NCBI GenBank assembly: GCA_904063045.1
Contig: CAJFCJ010000019.1
Coordinates: forward strand, 1,311,650-1,375,649
DNA length: 64,000 nt
DNA from: Dimorphilus gyrociliatus
Taxonomy: Eukaryota; Animalia; Annelida
Direction: 5' to 3'
Part shown: positions 35,867-48,500 of the stretch, one piece after another
Layout of the letters: every line of letters begins with the position of its first letter
Position numbering within the stretch: position 1 is the first letter of the stretch
Program-made: the position numbers and the translations under genes
Notes under the pieces: generated by a model
What the model saw: only the letters and a program-made list of their open reading frames with translations
Database searches by the model: none
Told to the model about the DNA's origin: nothing

Positions 35867-38800
35867 CTATAAGTTCTTATGTGATATATAAACGTCATTA
35901 CTAAAGTCCGATGCCTTCTGTAGCATTTCTTTAAATCCGACATATTTCCTTGGATTAAGCTTGTCAACAACGGGTACAGGATTAGTTGTCGGGCGATATA
36001 AACTATGCAAGTTTTTCACAATAGCATAAGCATTACCCGTAACGGTCTCTGGATAGACGGATGTTGATTTTGTAAAAGGTTCTTCCACTTCCTTGAAAAC
36101 TTGAGAATTGAATAGATTCTGATCGAATGCTTTACTCTAATATTAAATCGATTTTTATTATATAAACATAAGATTTTAGCTATGAATATACCAACTTGCT
36201 CAAGAGATTGCATTAATTGATAAACGAATAGTTGCCATCTTGGTAGGTAGTAGCTGGAGAGTTAAAAATAAAATACGCATGGAGTTTGCTATTTAGATTA
36301 ACAAACTTAAAAATAATTCTACATACTCTTTGATTAAACCGGCCCATTGTTTACTAGCGTAATCGAGAATCTAAAGAGATGAAATGTTCCCTTGTTTATA
36401 AATTGGATACTGCATTATTCAAAAAACTCAACCTCTCCTTTAGGTCCCCAAAGAGTTATTTGATTTCTTGCATTATATTCGAACAATTTTCGGTCAAAAT
36501 CATTTGTTGCGGCTCTTTTAGCGGAGGCTAACCATTTACCCAGTAAGAAGTGACTATCTGAAGCTAAGAGCTGGTCCATGTTCATTAATAGCGAAACCAA
36601 ACAATTTCCATAAGTTCTACAGAATAATTTTTATCTATTAAATCTATTCTTCAGCAGAAAATATGTAACAAACCTAGTCTTTTCTTTATCTTTAGAATTG
36701 AAAGCTTTAATTAATTTTGTGTATGAATCTAAAGCTATCAACTGAAGAGATTGCCGTGTTACGTCCACCAGATCGTAACTGTTGATCAATAATTATATCA
36801 TATGTAAGTTACTGCATTTGAGAATAGGTATTTACCGAAATAAGTTGTTATTTTCATAATTTGAGGATTCTTGTACAAACAAATCCCATGCTTGATAAAC
36901 ATCTTCTGGTTTATACCATAACTATGAACATATATATCAATAAATACAAATTACTTATTAATGTGTAAATTCAAAGGCATATCTATGAGAGTACAAAGAA
37001 ATTATAAAAAGCAAGCATTAAACTCTTTGTGTAATAAAATTATAATTAATTTAAGATTATTGAGAAACTTTTACACATAATCAGTGTCAAAATTGAAAAC
37101 CGTTACAATAAGCAAGCTGTGGCAAATAATTATTCATAAATGATAACGTACAGTTTCAACGATGTCTAAGGATGGCCGACGAATGAAAAAAACATCTAAA
37201 CCTTTTCCTCCAGTAGCGTTATAGATAGATCTCTAATAGATAATTATTAGTAAAGCTTTAGTTGTTTAGTTCAGTTTGAAAGTGTAAAAAAAAAAATAAA
37301 GAGGAAATTACTGATTAATTGCAAACTATCCAAACTATATAAACGTCAATTTTTCAAACATATAAGGAAAGGAAAGAGGATATTAAGACTATTACATGTA
37401 AATCTGATCTTTACCCATGCAAATACTACTTCAGATATTGCCTTACTTTTTCCTTAATATGTTTATTTGGTCGATGAACAACAACAACTTTATTATGATG
37501 TTTTTGATTGTCGGAGCAATTATAAACTGACCTCTTTAATTGGAATATTTTTTTTGTAAACAGTTAATTAAATAAATTTATTTGATTTTCTTAGCCAACG
37601 AACCTTTAAAATTTGCCAGGCTTTATCAATATTTCTGTTTTCCTTTCCGTATCGTCTGATTGCATAATTTGTAATCCATTTAGTAATATTCCTTGGGGAT
37701 GTTCTCCAACTATTCTCGTTCATAAACTCATAGATAACATCATTTTGAAAGATACCTTCTGGCGTTAAGCCAGTTCCTATCATAGTGCTGCCTGGCATTG
37801 CCCTTGCGTTATGTGGACCCTTTTGTTAAAGATTTTTAACGTTATTGCCGAGTATGAAAGAGTTAACGAAAAAGTAAAATTGTACTTTATTGATATTTTC
37901 AATGGCACCATACATCGATACGGTTCCGCCGAAATCGTGGAGCATGCACCATATATAAGGTTGACCATAATAGGACTTAAGGCGAGAGAATTGAGGAGTA
38001 ATTTCAGATTGGAGATCAAGAACAATCATTTTTCCCTGAAATTAAAAACTTAAGTACTTTATTCTATTAAACTATTAATTGTGTTCAAGCACCTGAGGTA
38101 TCGAAGTTAAGAGTGCTTCCGCTCGAGTATTGGTCCACCATCCACTAATAAATAACCAACCTTGCATTACCCTGTAGATTTCAATCACATTATTTTATAA
38201 ATTCAAACAATTAAGAATAAAATACCATATAGCTTGAGGATCGGCAATGGTCATTGCGTTGAAAACTGCTTTTCCTGCAGATCTCAAATAGGCAGAATCA
38301 CTGAAAAGAGTTTTATCTAATGACAAAAAGACAAATTCTGTTTAAAAGAATACAAACCCAGATCTAGGAGTCATTTCATTAAAGGTGTCTGTATTGTAGA
38401 CATGGTCAGTTCCAAATTCTCTAATATACTATAAGAAAAGTAATTATTTCTAAGTAAAATGAATAAAATACTAATCTATAATAGTCAAACCTCGTTTAAA
38501 AACATTTGTCCTACTTTAATGAATAAAGGATCTTTCGGTTCAAGTAACGATACGCTAGTTTAGAGATTATTTGTTTCAAAATTTTGTATAAAGGTCATAT
38601 ACATAAAGAATATATATTCTAACCAACAATATTTCGAGTCAAAGCCACCCCAATCCGATAATTTTGAGACGTTAGCATGTGGATAAATCCTATTAAAAGA
38701 TCACGTGACGTTAAGAACAAAATTCCCTCAATCTCTTCTTGCTTACTTAACCTTGTAAAAGAATCTGGAACGTGACCGGCGAAGGCGGGTAGAATAGGTA

Positions 38801-39766
38801 TCATACCTAAACTTCTCATTCGGTTAAGAATGCGATGTTGAAGGGATACCTGAGTAGCGTGCCACTGTCTAGATAAAGGACCACCCCATCCTTTCATGTT
38901 TCCCATTCTGGACCTAAAACATTTCGTTATAGTTTAATTCTATCTTAAATGAATTGAACTGAAAAATACCAAGCTAAAAACGCCGGTCCTCCGAAATGCT
39001 TATCGATTTCGTCTTGTGTTAGACCCATTTTTAAATAAACCTAAAATTCAATAATATTTCTCAGAGATTTAACAAATGAAAGCATATTAACGATATTAAC
39101 CCTATTCCATATTTCCTCTTGGCCATTGAAAGCCAGCGGAAAGTTAATTCCGTTTAGTGACATCCAGTCGATTTCTCTTTCCCATCTTTTCCAATCATAC
39201 CAAACGAAAGAGTAGCTAACTGTACATACGTTTTGATAATAACGAAATCGATCAGCTGATGTAACTTTCACAGCTTTTGTAATAGCAGGTAAAGGGTTGG
39301 GAACATTTAATTGATCTCCTCCCCAAGACATATGACAACTGCAATTTTGCTTTAAAAAAAAATGAAATCCCCATGTAGCTGCTACTCCACTAGTCCCTTT
39401 TATTTGTAATTTGCCGTTCACTGTTTCATACTATTGACATAAATTATTATCTATCCTAAGGGACGAAAAGTATATGTTACCTGGAAGGAGTCCTTATCTA
39501 ATTCTCCTATTGACTTATCTATTATAACTTCAAATTCATTAGCCCTTTCGGGTAGAAGACGTTCAATCAAGTCATAAGCTGCTTTTGCTTGAATTTCTTC
39601 TGTTGCCTTGGACCTGATATGATTCAGTGCAGGAAAATCTAACAACAATAACTCAATACAGTGGCATTATCAGGTTATAACTTCGCAACAAACCTTGCAA
39701 ACTAAAAGAAAAGTTACTTAAAATTAAAGTTAAAAATAGTACTAGAAACATAATGCTACATTTCAT
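35867..39766 (-). CDS. NAGLU: Lysosomal alpha-N-acetylglucosaminidase (GH89), about 19 exons
   Basis: Signal peptide MKCSIMFLVLFLTLIL at 39766; RYYQNVCTVSYSFVWYDWKRWEREIDWM, MGNMKGWGGPL, DTFNEMTP, WCMLHDFGG, GLTPEGIFQN and YNARNQITLWGP motifs. All exons were joined by canonical introns. Confidence 0.95.
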
Positions 39767-39800
39767 GTCTAAAAGTGTATTTTAACTAAAGAGGCGTAAT

Positions 39801-39844
39801 TCATGTGGTACCACGTGATCCTCACATGATCAGATATCATGTGA
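39801..39844. promoter_or_regulatory. Cluster of four MiT/TFE-type E-boxes (CLEAR/M-box-like) just upstream of NAGLU
   Basis: CATGTG 39802-39807, CACGTG 39812-39817, CACATG 39823-39828, CATGTG 39838-39843. Confidence 0.6.
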
Positions 39845-39861
39845 TATAACACTGATAAGGG

Positions 39862-42217
39862 TCATATATTTTTGAACAGAGTAGTTTTCGAACTTGTGAT
39901 ATAATAAGATAAAGTTTCTATATCAGAAGAAACATTTTTAACATGATCAAACGGTTCTCGAAGAGAAACATATAAGACAGAGTGAGTAAGCGAATCCTCA
40001 CAAGAAGCCTTCCAAACAACTGGTTTACAATTTAACTGTAGCCCACTCAGGGACATACCCAATCTAAAGGCTCTAGTTGGATCAAACTTTTCTTTTTCAT
40101 ATTGTTTAAGTAATTTGCTAAAAGTATCAAAAAGAAATAATTAATTATCGTAACTATATTTGTAAAATTTATCCATCCTACTTGGTGACAGTTGAGAGAA
40201 CGTCTGGAGAAGCTTCCAGCCATTGTTCAAAAAGAATGACAATTTGAAGAGTTGCGTGTAGCTTAAACAGCCTTTCAATTCGGTTTTCATAGCTTCCACT
40301 TTTCTTGACAAAAGGTTCCAAATAGATATCCGCCGTTAAGTGTTTACCTATTTAAATTAAAATAAATATATTAATTTGTTTATCAAACATTAACAATATA
40401 TTTTTTAAATACCGATTAGAATAACTATATAATCTCGATTTAGTTTTTCTAGACCAATCTCTATAAGCATCCTAATGAGATCAAAGTTATGTTGGGTTTC
40501 AGCATATGAAAAGTTATTTTCATAAGAATCTCTGATCATTTGTGCTAATCTTGACGAATTTCTCTTCCAAACCTAAATACATTATTATATATATATAAAA
40601 TCAGCTAAGAAAATGTTACAATTTTATAATGGATATAAAAAACAAACGTGAGGTTGAATTCTTTCTCTTTCCAAAGCATCAAAAATCCTTGAAAAGGATT
40701 GTTTAAGATCATTCATACACGTGCAATCTGAAAGATTATAGGCATAGTATAAGCAAAAGATTTTAACAGTAGTGTTGAAAGTATTGTAGATAACCTTTCA
40801 GAATAAGCCATAATTCATCGCAAATATCCAAATCCTGCCTGTCATCAATAACAAACAAATTATCAGCATCTGCTTTATTGTTTCTAGATTCTCTTTCTAT
40901 TCGAATGGGAACTTTATCTTTTGAATAGCGTTTTAGGAGGTCTTCCAGCCGTTCGGTGATGGTTAAGTCCGATACGGAATTTGTGTTCCATTTAATTAAC
41001 TTAGTTTTCAAACCGTTGACAAGATCCTATAATGATAGATTATTTATATGAGTACAAATAAAAATAGCACTAATTAAACCTTCAATATTTCAATTTCCTT
41101 ATATAGTTTATAAAGACGACTGGCTGGTTTATTGATGACAGGTTTTACTTCCTATAGAAATACATAATCAGTTGTTGACTCTTTAAGTTTAACCATAGAA
41201 TCTTTTTGATACTTACCACAATAACTTTAGCATTCTTAGGACACGATAAAACTGGAACAAGACCAACCCAAGAAGCTTCAACAGTGAGCATACTCTCAGC
41301 ACATTCACCATCTAATATATCGAAAGATGCCCAACAAGAAAATTTTTTACCCTGGCATGTTAGAATGAGGTTAATGTACTTTATTCGTACTTTGCCATTT
41401 AAACTACCTTAAAGCTGTTCCAGAATTTAGAAATAAGATGGCAATTGGTAACTTCGCTGACAGGGAGAGGTCCTACATAGTGTTGTAAAAATTCAAGTTC
41501 TAGTATATTGTTAAATGATAACACACAAACCTGTTACGGAGACTCTTACTGATCGCTTCTCTTGTAGCTCATTACATTTCAAAGCCAATAGGGAACGATG
41601 CTGACTATCACTTTGCGGATCGACAGCCACACAAAAATAACAATTTTCTTTGATATCAGCCATAGCAAAGAGAGAGATAAGTCTCCTAGAAAGATTATTT
41701 TCAAATGGTATAAATAATAACAATGTGTGATTGATCATACCTTGCCTCTCCATGAGATATTGGCTCATATTTGAAATCGAGAATTTTTTTGCAGTCGTTT
41801 GAATTTTCAGCTTTGAATTTTGCCATACGTAATGGAGAATTATCATCGCCATCATCTTGTATTATGTTAACTTTTACATCGTCAATTTTTTCAGTTTTTT
41901 CCTTTCAAGAGCAAGGGGCAATTTTAGACCGAAAGCTACATATTGATTAATTTAAAATTTTAAAACTAACCGAGAATACCAATACAAAAATATTATTTTC
42001 TTTTTCCTCTTCTGTCAAAAATGCTTGCGGGAAAACGTTTTTCACTAATTCAAAACGATATTTCTGAAGGTTATAAAGTACAAAAATAAAGTACCCGAAA
42101 TTAAAGATCTGGATGAAACTCAGGCATACTTACTTCATAATGGCAAGTCTCGTCTTTCTCTTTTACTAATTTCCTAAAACAGTCTTTGAAATTCTCAATT
42201 GATTCTTCTAAGTCCAT
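39862..42217 (-). CDS. ZWILCH: Zwilch kinetochore protein (RZZ complex), multi-exon
   Basis: Start MDLEESIENF at 42217. Joined exons give VGPLPV, ASWVGLVPVL, DLDICDELW, EIQP-WRRNSSRLAQMIRDSY, RMLIEIGLEK and KPVVWKA, which match human Zwilch blocks as I recall them (DLDFAEQLW, DIQPW, QMLLEIGLDK, KPQKWR). Confidence 0.8.
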
Positions 42218-42973
42218 ATTTTTTCAAATCTTCAATTGTAGACAAACGATTAAGGTAAACTAAGCAATACACAGTTTGAATTTTTGAATTTTAGCACAGT
42301 CTTTAGCGGTTCAATAAAAAATATGCTACTTTCGTTCCAAATGGATAGATATTTCTATAAAAGAACTGAAAGTCAATCAAATTTTGCCTTGTAAATGAAT
42401 AACAACTTAAGAAGTGAGTATTTAAAATTTTAACTATTTAATTGCGCATGCGCATCTCATATACGAAACAACTTTTATCAAAACTTTTAAAAAATGATTT
42501 TCTTGAATTAACAGCAAGAATATTTCCATATGGAAATATATTGGAAGTATTATTGTCTATTACATTTTAAAGAGTTTTAGTGAATTATTTTTCTAAACAT
42601 GTTTTTCTAACACGTAATCAGTTAATAAAAAAATGCTTTTTCATATAAATATATGTTTAAGAAACTACCTTTATAATATTTGTAGAAAACTAGTTCTACA
42701 ATCTGCCACTATAGTCAGTTTTCCTTTAAGTTGTTTAATACTTTTTTCAAGTTTTTGATACAAATAACAAGAACCATATTTAATGCTTTAAAATTCTTAT
42801 ATATTTAAACGTTTGGTCTTTTTAGCATATTTAAAATTGTACATTAAAAAATATCTCTCAATATATTTCTTTTGTTAATAAAATTACAAATAATATTATA
42901 GCAAAAGAGGGCGCTGCTGAAATATTCTACAAATATTCTTTCATTGTTTTCATTTAATATCGCTCAAGAAGGC

Positions 42974-45217
42974 ATGTCTCGATTTGGCGTACCAGTAGCG
43001 AAAAAGAGGAAATTGAAATCAAACAAGCCGAATTTTAAGAAAAAAGATGGTAGATACAAAATTGAATCAAAAGAAATTGGAGAAATAGTTGAGAAATATT
43101 CGTCCTTTGATGATAAGTCTTTTGAGAGATTTTCAGAGTTTCCACTATCCAAAAAAACGCACAAGGCTCTCAAGGAGAACAATTTTGTAAAACCTACAGA
43201 AATTCAGACTGAATCTATTGGTAGAGCTCTACAGGGTCATGACATATTGGGGGCTGCTAAAACTGGGAGTGGGAAAACTCTTGCATTTTTAGTTCCCTTA
43301 CTGGAAGTATTGTGGAGGAATAGGTGGTCGCCACATGATGGTCTAGGGGCTTTAATTATATCACCAACTAGAGAGTTAGCTTACCAAACTTTCGAGGTTC
43401 TTAGAAAGGTTGGAAAGTATCATGATTTCTCAGCAGGTTTAGTAATAGGAGGTAAAAATGTAAAGGACGAGGCTGACAGAATAAATCGCACGAATATTGT
43501 TATATGTACTCCTGGAAGATTACTTCAACATATGGATGAAACTTTTGCATTTAATGCTGATAACCTTCTTATGCTGGTTTTGGACGAAGCCGATAAGATT
43601 TTAGATTTAGGATTTCAAACTACTGTAAATGCTATTTTGGAAAATTTACCTAATAGACAAACCCTCCTCTTCTCCGCAACTCAAACAAAAAATGTAAAGG
43701 ACTTAGCCAGATTAAGTTTATCTAAACCTGTTTTGGTGTCTGTTCATGAGCATTCTGCTCAATCTACACCAGTCCAGCTTCGCCAATCTTATGTCGTTGT
43801 TGAATTACACGACAAATTAACCGTATTGTGGTCATTTATAAAAAGTAATTTGAAACAAAAAATTATCGTCTTCTTAAGCGCCTGCAAACAAGTTCGCTTT
43901 ACGTATGAAATGTTTCGTCGTCTACGACCTGGAACAACTGTTATGTGTCTCCATGGAGCAATGCAACAGCAGAAACGAATGAATGTTTACTCAGAATTTT
44001 GTGAGAAGGACAGTGCTGTACTATTTGCTACTGATCTGGCTAGTAGAGGTTTAGATTTTCCTGAAATAGCTTGGGTAGTACAAGTGGATTGTCCGGAAGA
44101 TACTGCAACATATATTCATAGAGTAGGACGGACAGCGCGTCTGGAGGATGATGGAGAAGCGGTTATTTTCCTCACTCCTTCTGAAAAAGATGGCATGTTG
44201 GAGGATTTAAAACAAAAACGCATTCCCATCGAGGAAGTTAAATTTAGTCAAAAGAAACTTCGTCCAATCGAGGGGAAGGTACAAGCATTTTGTGCTCAGG
44301 ACTTAGAGTTCAAGGAATTTGCTCAAAGAGCTTTTTCATCTTACATTAGATCCGTGTATTTAATGAAAAATAAGAAAATATTTAAAGTAGAAAATATTGA
44401 CCTTCCGAAATTTGCAAAATCTCTTGGTCTTGTTGTGACCCCCAGACTTAGATTTTTACAAAAGGGTCAGAAGAAAAGTCCCGCTATAACAATAGATGAA
44501 GAAGACATAAATGGTGAAAATAACGACGACGAAAGCGATGATTGTTTGACGAAAAAAATAAAGTTAGCTAGTTCTGATGATGACGAGAGCGATGAAGATG
44601 TACTTATGATCAAGAAAAAAGCTACTGGTAATAAAAAGAAAGAAGTTGATGAAAAATTAGGAAACAGTGATTCAGATGAAGATTCTGAAGATGAATTAAA
44701 GAAAAAGAAAATTAAAGTTATCACAAAATATACTACCGCAAAGAAAATCTTACGAAAGAAGATTAAGCCAAATTCTCATGTTATGTTCGATAAGGAAGAT
44801 GATACAGAAATTAAAATTCCAACAGATGAGGAAAGGGACACAAAAAGTGGTATTGATATTGAAGAAGCAAAAGAATATATGAAGCAAGTTGATCCAAGTG
44901 ACAAGCAATTATATAAGGATAGAATTCGCAAACAGAAAATAGAGAAGAAGGAAAAAGAACGTCAGAGACGACTTAAACAGCAAAAGCCACAGGAGGAAGA
45001 TAATGATGAAATATCATATACAGGAGAATTCAACCCTGATGATTTACCTGACCCTGATGAATGTTATGGTAAAAAGGAAGAATCTGAAGATGATATGCAG
45101 GTTGAAGAGAGTGACTATTCTAATGAATCAGAAAGTGAACGCGATGAGGAAGACTCAATTGGTCTTGATGTTTCAGATCAAGAAGAACTTGCTCTTAGTT
45201 TATTGAGAAATAATTGA
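42974..45217 (+). CDS. DDX10: DEAD-box RNA helicase DDX10/Dbp4, intronless
   Basis: GAAKTGSGKTLAF, SPTRELAYQ, TPGRLLQHMDET, LDEAD, SAT and HRVGRTAR motifs, with an acidic and basic C-terminal tail. Confidence 0.95.
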   Translation: MSRFGVPVAKKRKLKSNKPNFKKKDGRYKIESKEIGEIVEKYSSFDDKSFERFSEFPLSKKTHKALKENNFVKPTEIQTESIGRALQGHDILGAAKTGSGKTLAFLVPLLEVLWRNRWSPHDGLGALIISPTRELAYQTFEVLRKVGKYHDFSAGLVIGGKNVKDEADRINRTNIVICTPGRLLQHMDETFAFNADNLLMLVLDEADKILDLGFQTTVNAILENLPNRQTLLFSATQTKNVKDLARLSLSKPVLVSVHEHSAQSTPVQLRQSYVVVELHDKLTVLWSFIKSNLKQKIIVFLSACKQVRFTYEMFRRLRPGTTVMCLHGAMQQQKRMNVYSEFCEKDSAVLFATDLASRGLDFPEIAWVVQVDCPEDTATYIHRVGRTARLEDDGEAVIFLTPSEKDGMLEDLKQKRIPIEEVKFSQKKLRPIEGKVQAFCAQDLEFKEFAQRAFSSYIRSVYLMKNKKIFKVENIDLPKFAKSLGLVVTPRLRFLQKGQKKSPAITIDEEDINGENNDDESDDCLTKKIKLASSDDDESDEDVLMIKKKATGNKKKEVDEKLGNSDSDEDSEDELKKKKIKVITKYTTAKKILRKKIKPNSHVMFDKEDDTEIKIPTDEERDTKSGIDIEEAKEYMKQVDPSDKQLYKDRIRKQKIEKKEKERQRRLKQQKPQEEDNDEISYTGEFNPDDLPDPDECYGKKEESEDDMQVEESDYSNESESERDEEDSIGLDVSDQEELALSLLRNN

Positions 45218-45555
45218 ATGTTATATTGGTATTTTTATAATATATTAACAAGTGCTATCAGATGTCGACTATATTGTCACTCAAACTTCATTAAGATTAA
45301 ATAAAAGAAATAAAATATAATGTAAATAGCTGCATAAATATTACCTTATTTTTATATTAATATTACTAAATTCAATACATTCATATGGAAGATTTGAGGA
45401 AATATTAGTTCTCACAGAAAATAAATACCCATACATTAAACTTGAATAGGTCAAACCCGTTAGTTTTAAGTTGAAATTATATTTTAGCAATAAAAAACCA
45501 CAGGAAAGTTCTCTGATGTAAATTATAAATCGTTCAGAGCACCTTTGGAATTCAA

Positions 45556-48500
45556 TTATTCTGAAACGGAGTTCTCATGAAGAGCTTTTGGCTATATAAA
45601 AGAAATATTAAAGCAAACATAAATTAACCTGCATTGAGAAAAATGATAAAAGTAGACAAACACTTACCAAAATTGACACTAAATGATGAGAAGTAGAAGT
45701 AAATTTAGAAGAAGGTAATTCAACTTGTAATTGAGGAGAGAGTAAATTCCCAGAATATAATGGAATACAAATAAGTTGAAAGGAGAACGCGCCTCTTGCC
45801 AAAATTCTAACAAGTTTCTGTTTGGGGCCAGTAAAGATAAAGCCTTCCGATGGTCGAATATTCATATTAACTTGAATGATCGATTCCGTTCGATTTTGTA
45901 TTTCATAAGTGATTGGCAAAGGTACATATTCGTATCCTAGGTCCTCAGTTTTCATATCAATTAAAATTGGTGATTTTATTACTTTAATTGGAGGTAAACT
46001 CTTTGTATTGGTGACTAGAGGAACGTCATCTGTTGATGCTCGGCGCCAGAGTACAACTATTTCTCCACTATCTAAATTACTGTTGAGGAAAGGTTGTTTT
46101 GGTGCCGAAATGAGAAAGAGAAAACTTGCTTTTCCCTTGTGTATAAGCTGGGCTATTAAATATATGTTATGATAAAATCGTGTATTATATAAGTTCGTAT
46201 AATAAATTACTGTTTTCTTGATTCGAATCCTCAAGTATCTCAAAGTTTTCTCGTAGGTTTAAATTTGCTTTAACAAGACAAATAGGAAAAGAAGCAATAT
46301 TTTCAACATTAATTAATATTAAGAAGTCTTCATTGGATTCAATTTCATTGATATTTCTCATCTTTACAATGAAGATATACATCAATAGCTTTCTGATAAC
46401 TATTGTAAGCAATACTTACATTTATATCCATGAGAGTAAACTCTGTTTTAATGGCATCATGAACATCAATATCTATAACTTTCTCAAGATGGCAATCATG
46501 TAGGCATTTTCCTTCATTACTTCCGTGAACTTGATTGGCCTTAACTGAATAAGCCAACTTAAGTGTTACGTTTCTCTTTCCTTTTTGTAAGCATTTTATG
46601 AAAACTCTGACGGTCTTCTTGTTATTCATATCAATAGTACCAACGTCTTGGGAGACTCTTCGAATGACATTTGATTCTGAAAATTCGGCTTTTCCAATAC
46701 TGATATTAGCTGGTAAAAAAGGAAAAAAATGATAATTATTATATTTTACCATCAGCGTTTCTAAACTAAATATGTTAATATAAACTATAGCATTAGTTCA
46801 GCCAAAAAACAAGAAAATGTATATAAATAAAAAAAAAACGTAACTATACTGAAAATTATAAAAAATGCAGCACTTTGTATTATTTAGTTATGTAATGATA
46901 AAAAAATCTATTAGTTTTAACTACTAGCTTGCCCAAGACTTACTGAAAGTGTGACACTTATTTTTTTGAATTTCTTTATCTTCAGCTATTTAAGAGTATA
47001 TTTTAGTTTTTCACAAAAATAGCAAAGGGAAAATAAAATTTTCTTAATGTTATTTTATGTTATAAATATAAATTTACTTCTAATCTCTGTTAAATTTAGT
47101 TGTTTAATATACTTACTGACTAAATTTGATCCTTCTTGAACTTCTTTGACAACTGCACTTAGCCTGTGAATATAAAGTAGAATGAAAAATAGCTGATATT
47201 TAATAAATTAATAAACTTACTTGACATCGCACATAGCTTCAGATTCATTGCTTATTATAGAGACATCCAAAGGGTAAAATTCATTGACTAAGCAGGGTGT
47301 TTGGTGATCAATTTTAAATTCGACTTTAGCTTCGCGACGCTTTAAACTGCAAACATTCATACAGGGTGTAGATTCAAAATTAACGTTGTCCCAATTTGTA
47401 GGGAGAGGAGCTCCGAAAGGTGAATTATCCAAAGGTAGTAGAAACAGGCTAGCGCCATTTATCCAAGAGAGATTAAGAATAATATTTGGAGATGAGCCCA
47501 TTGTTAATTTAACATCCATTACTTGTAGTGTGTTATTGACGTGCTTAAGTAGGGTATGAAAATGGAATATTTTTACATATTGCTCTCCGCACTTTAATTC
47601 AAAATTTTCATCGCTTTGGCAATTTGTATTGTATTCCTATATTGAATATTTCTAAATTTATTAAATTCTATATGAAATACTCAACTTACCTCATGGTTAA
47701 AAGAAACAGCTAAAGAAGTAAATTTAACTGGGAGAGGAGCAAACGTCTGTAAAAGAATGGCAAGACCAACTTCTTCATCTCCTTTAAATGATCTATTTGG
47801 AAAGCAAATACAAAAAGTAGTAAATTTCTTGAGTTAAAAGTCATAAAAGAAAAATTAAAACTTTTTTGTAAAGCAGGTTTTCAATTCAATAAATGTCATA
47901 AGATTATGCATCTGAACAGATACTTCATTATTACTGGATTGCTCTGTATCCTGTTGAACAAGTTTTAGCCATCCTTCTTTGGCTTTCAATGCATCCTCTT
48001 CCGAAATATTTGGTTCAGGGTTCGGAGGTTTACCCTAAAATTACAGAATATAGAATTTTTTTCATTTAGAACAATTTAATCTTTAATACCGATAAGATAT
48101 TATTTATGTTGTGATGTACTCTGGTTTTATCGTCGTTAGAGCAGCAACTAACTATGAAATGAAAATTTTTCTGCAATTAATAAGATATTTATCCTTAAAT
48201 ACTAAAAATATACCTTTTCCAATATATTCAAAAGCTAATGATAAGTAATCCTGAACTCGGAAAGTCATAAAAGCAGAACTAAAAATTTATATAATCTATT
48301 TAATATTATTTCTTAAATGTTCATAATTTTATACCATAAAGCTTGAGTCAGAACTGATGTTAATAAATTCCACCATCTTTCGTTTCTATATTCCCATGTA
48401 ACACGAGATAGCAGGCTATGAAAGAAACAAAATGCTAATGGAATATATGATCGGATAGGAGATAAAATACTTACGCTAATGCTTTGTCATAATCTTTGAC

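Noticed and set aside
34854-42217. Operon or trans-splicing hypothesis for co-oriented ZWILCH-NAGLU-orphan-ATP2C1 (short gaps, AG just before some ATGs)
   Set aside because: Each downstream gene has its own plausible promoter motifs (E-box cluster, CRE, YY1/ETS/CCAAT), and the AG before the ATP2C1 ATG fits an ordinary ~55-bp 5'UTR intron. Spliced-leader reads would be needed to revive the idea.
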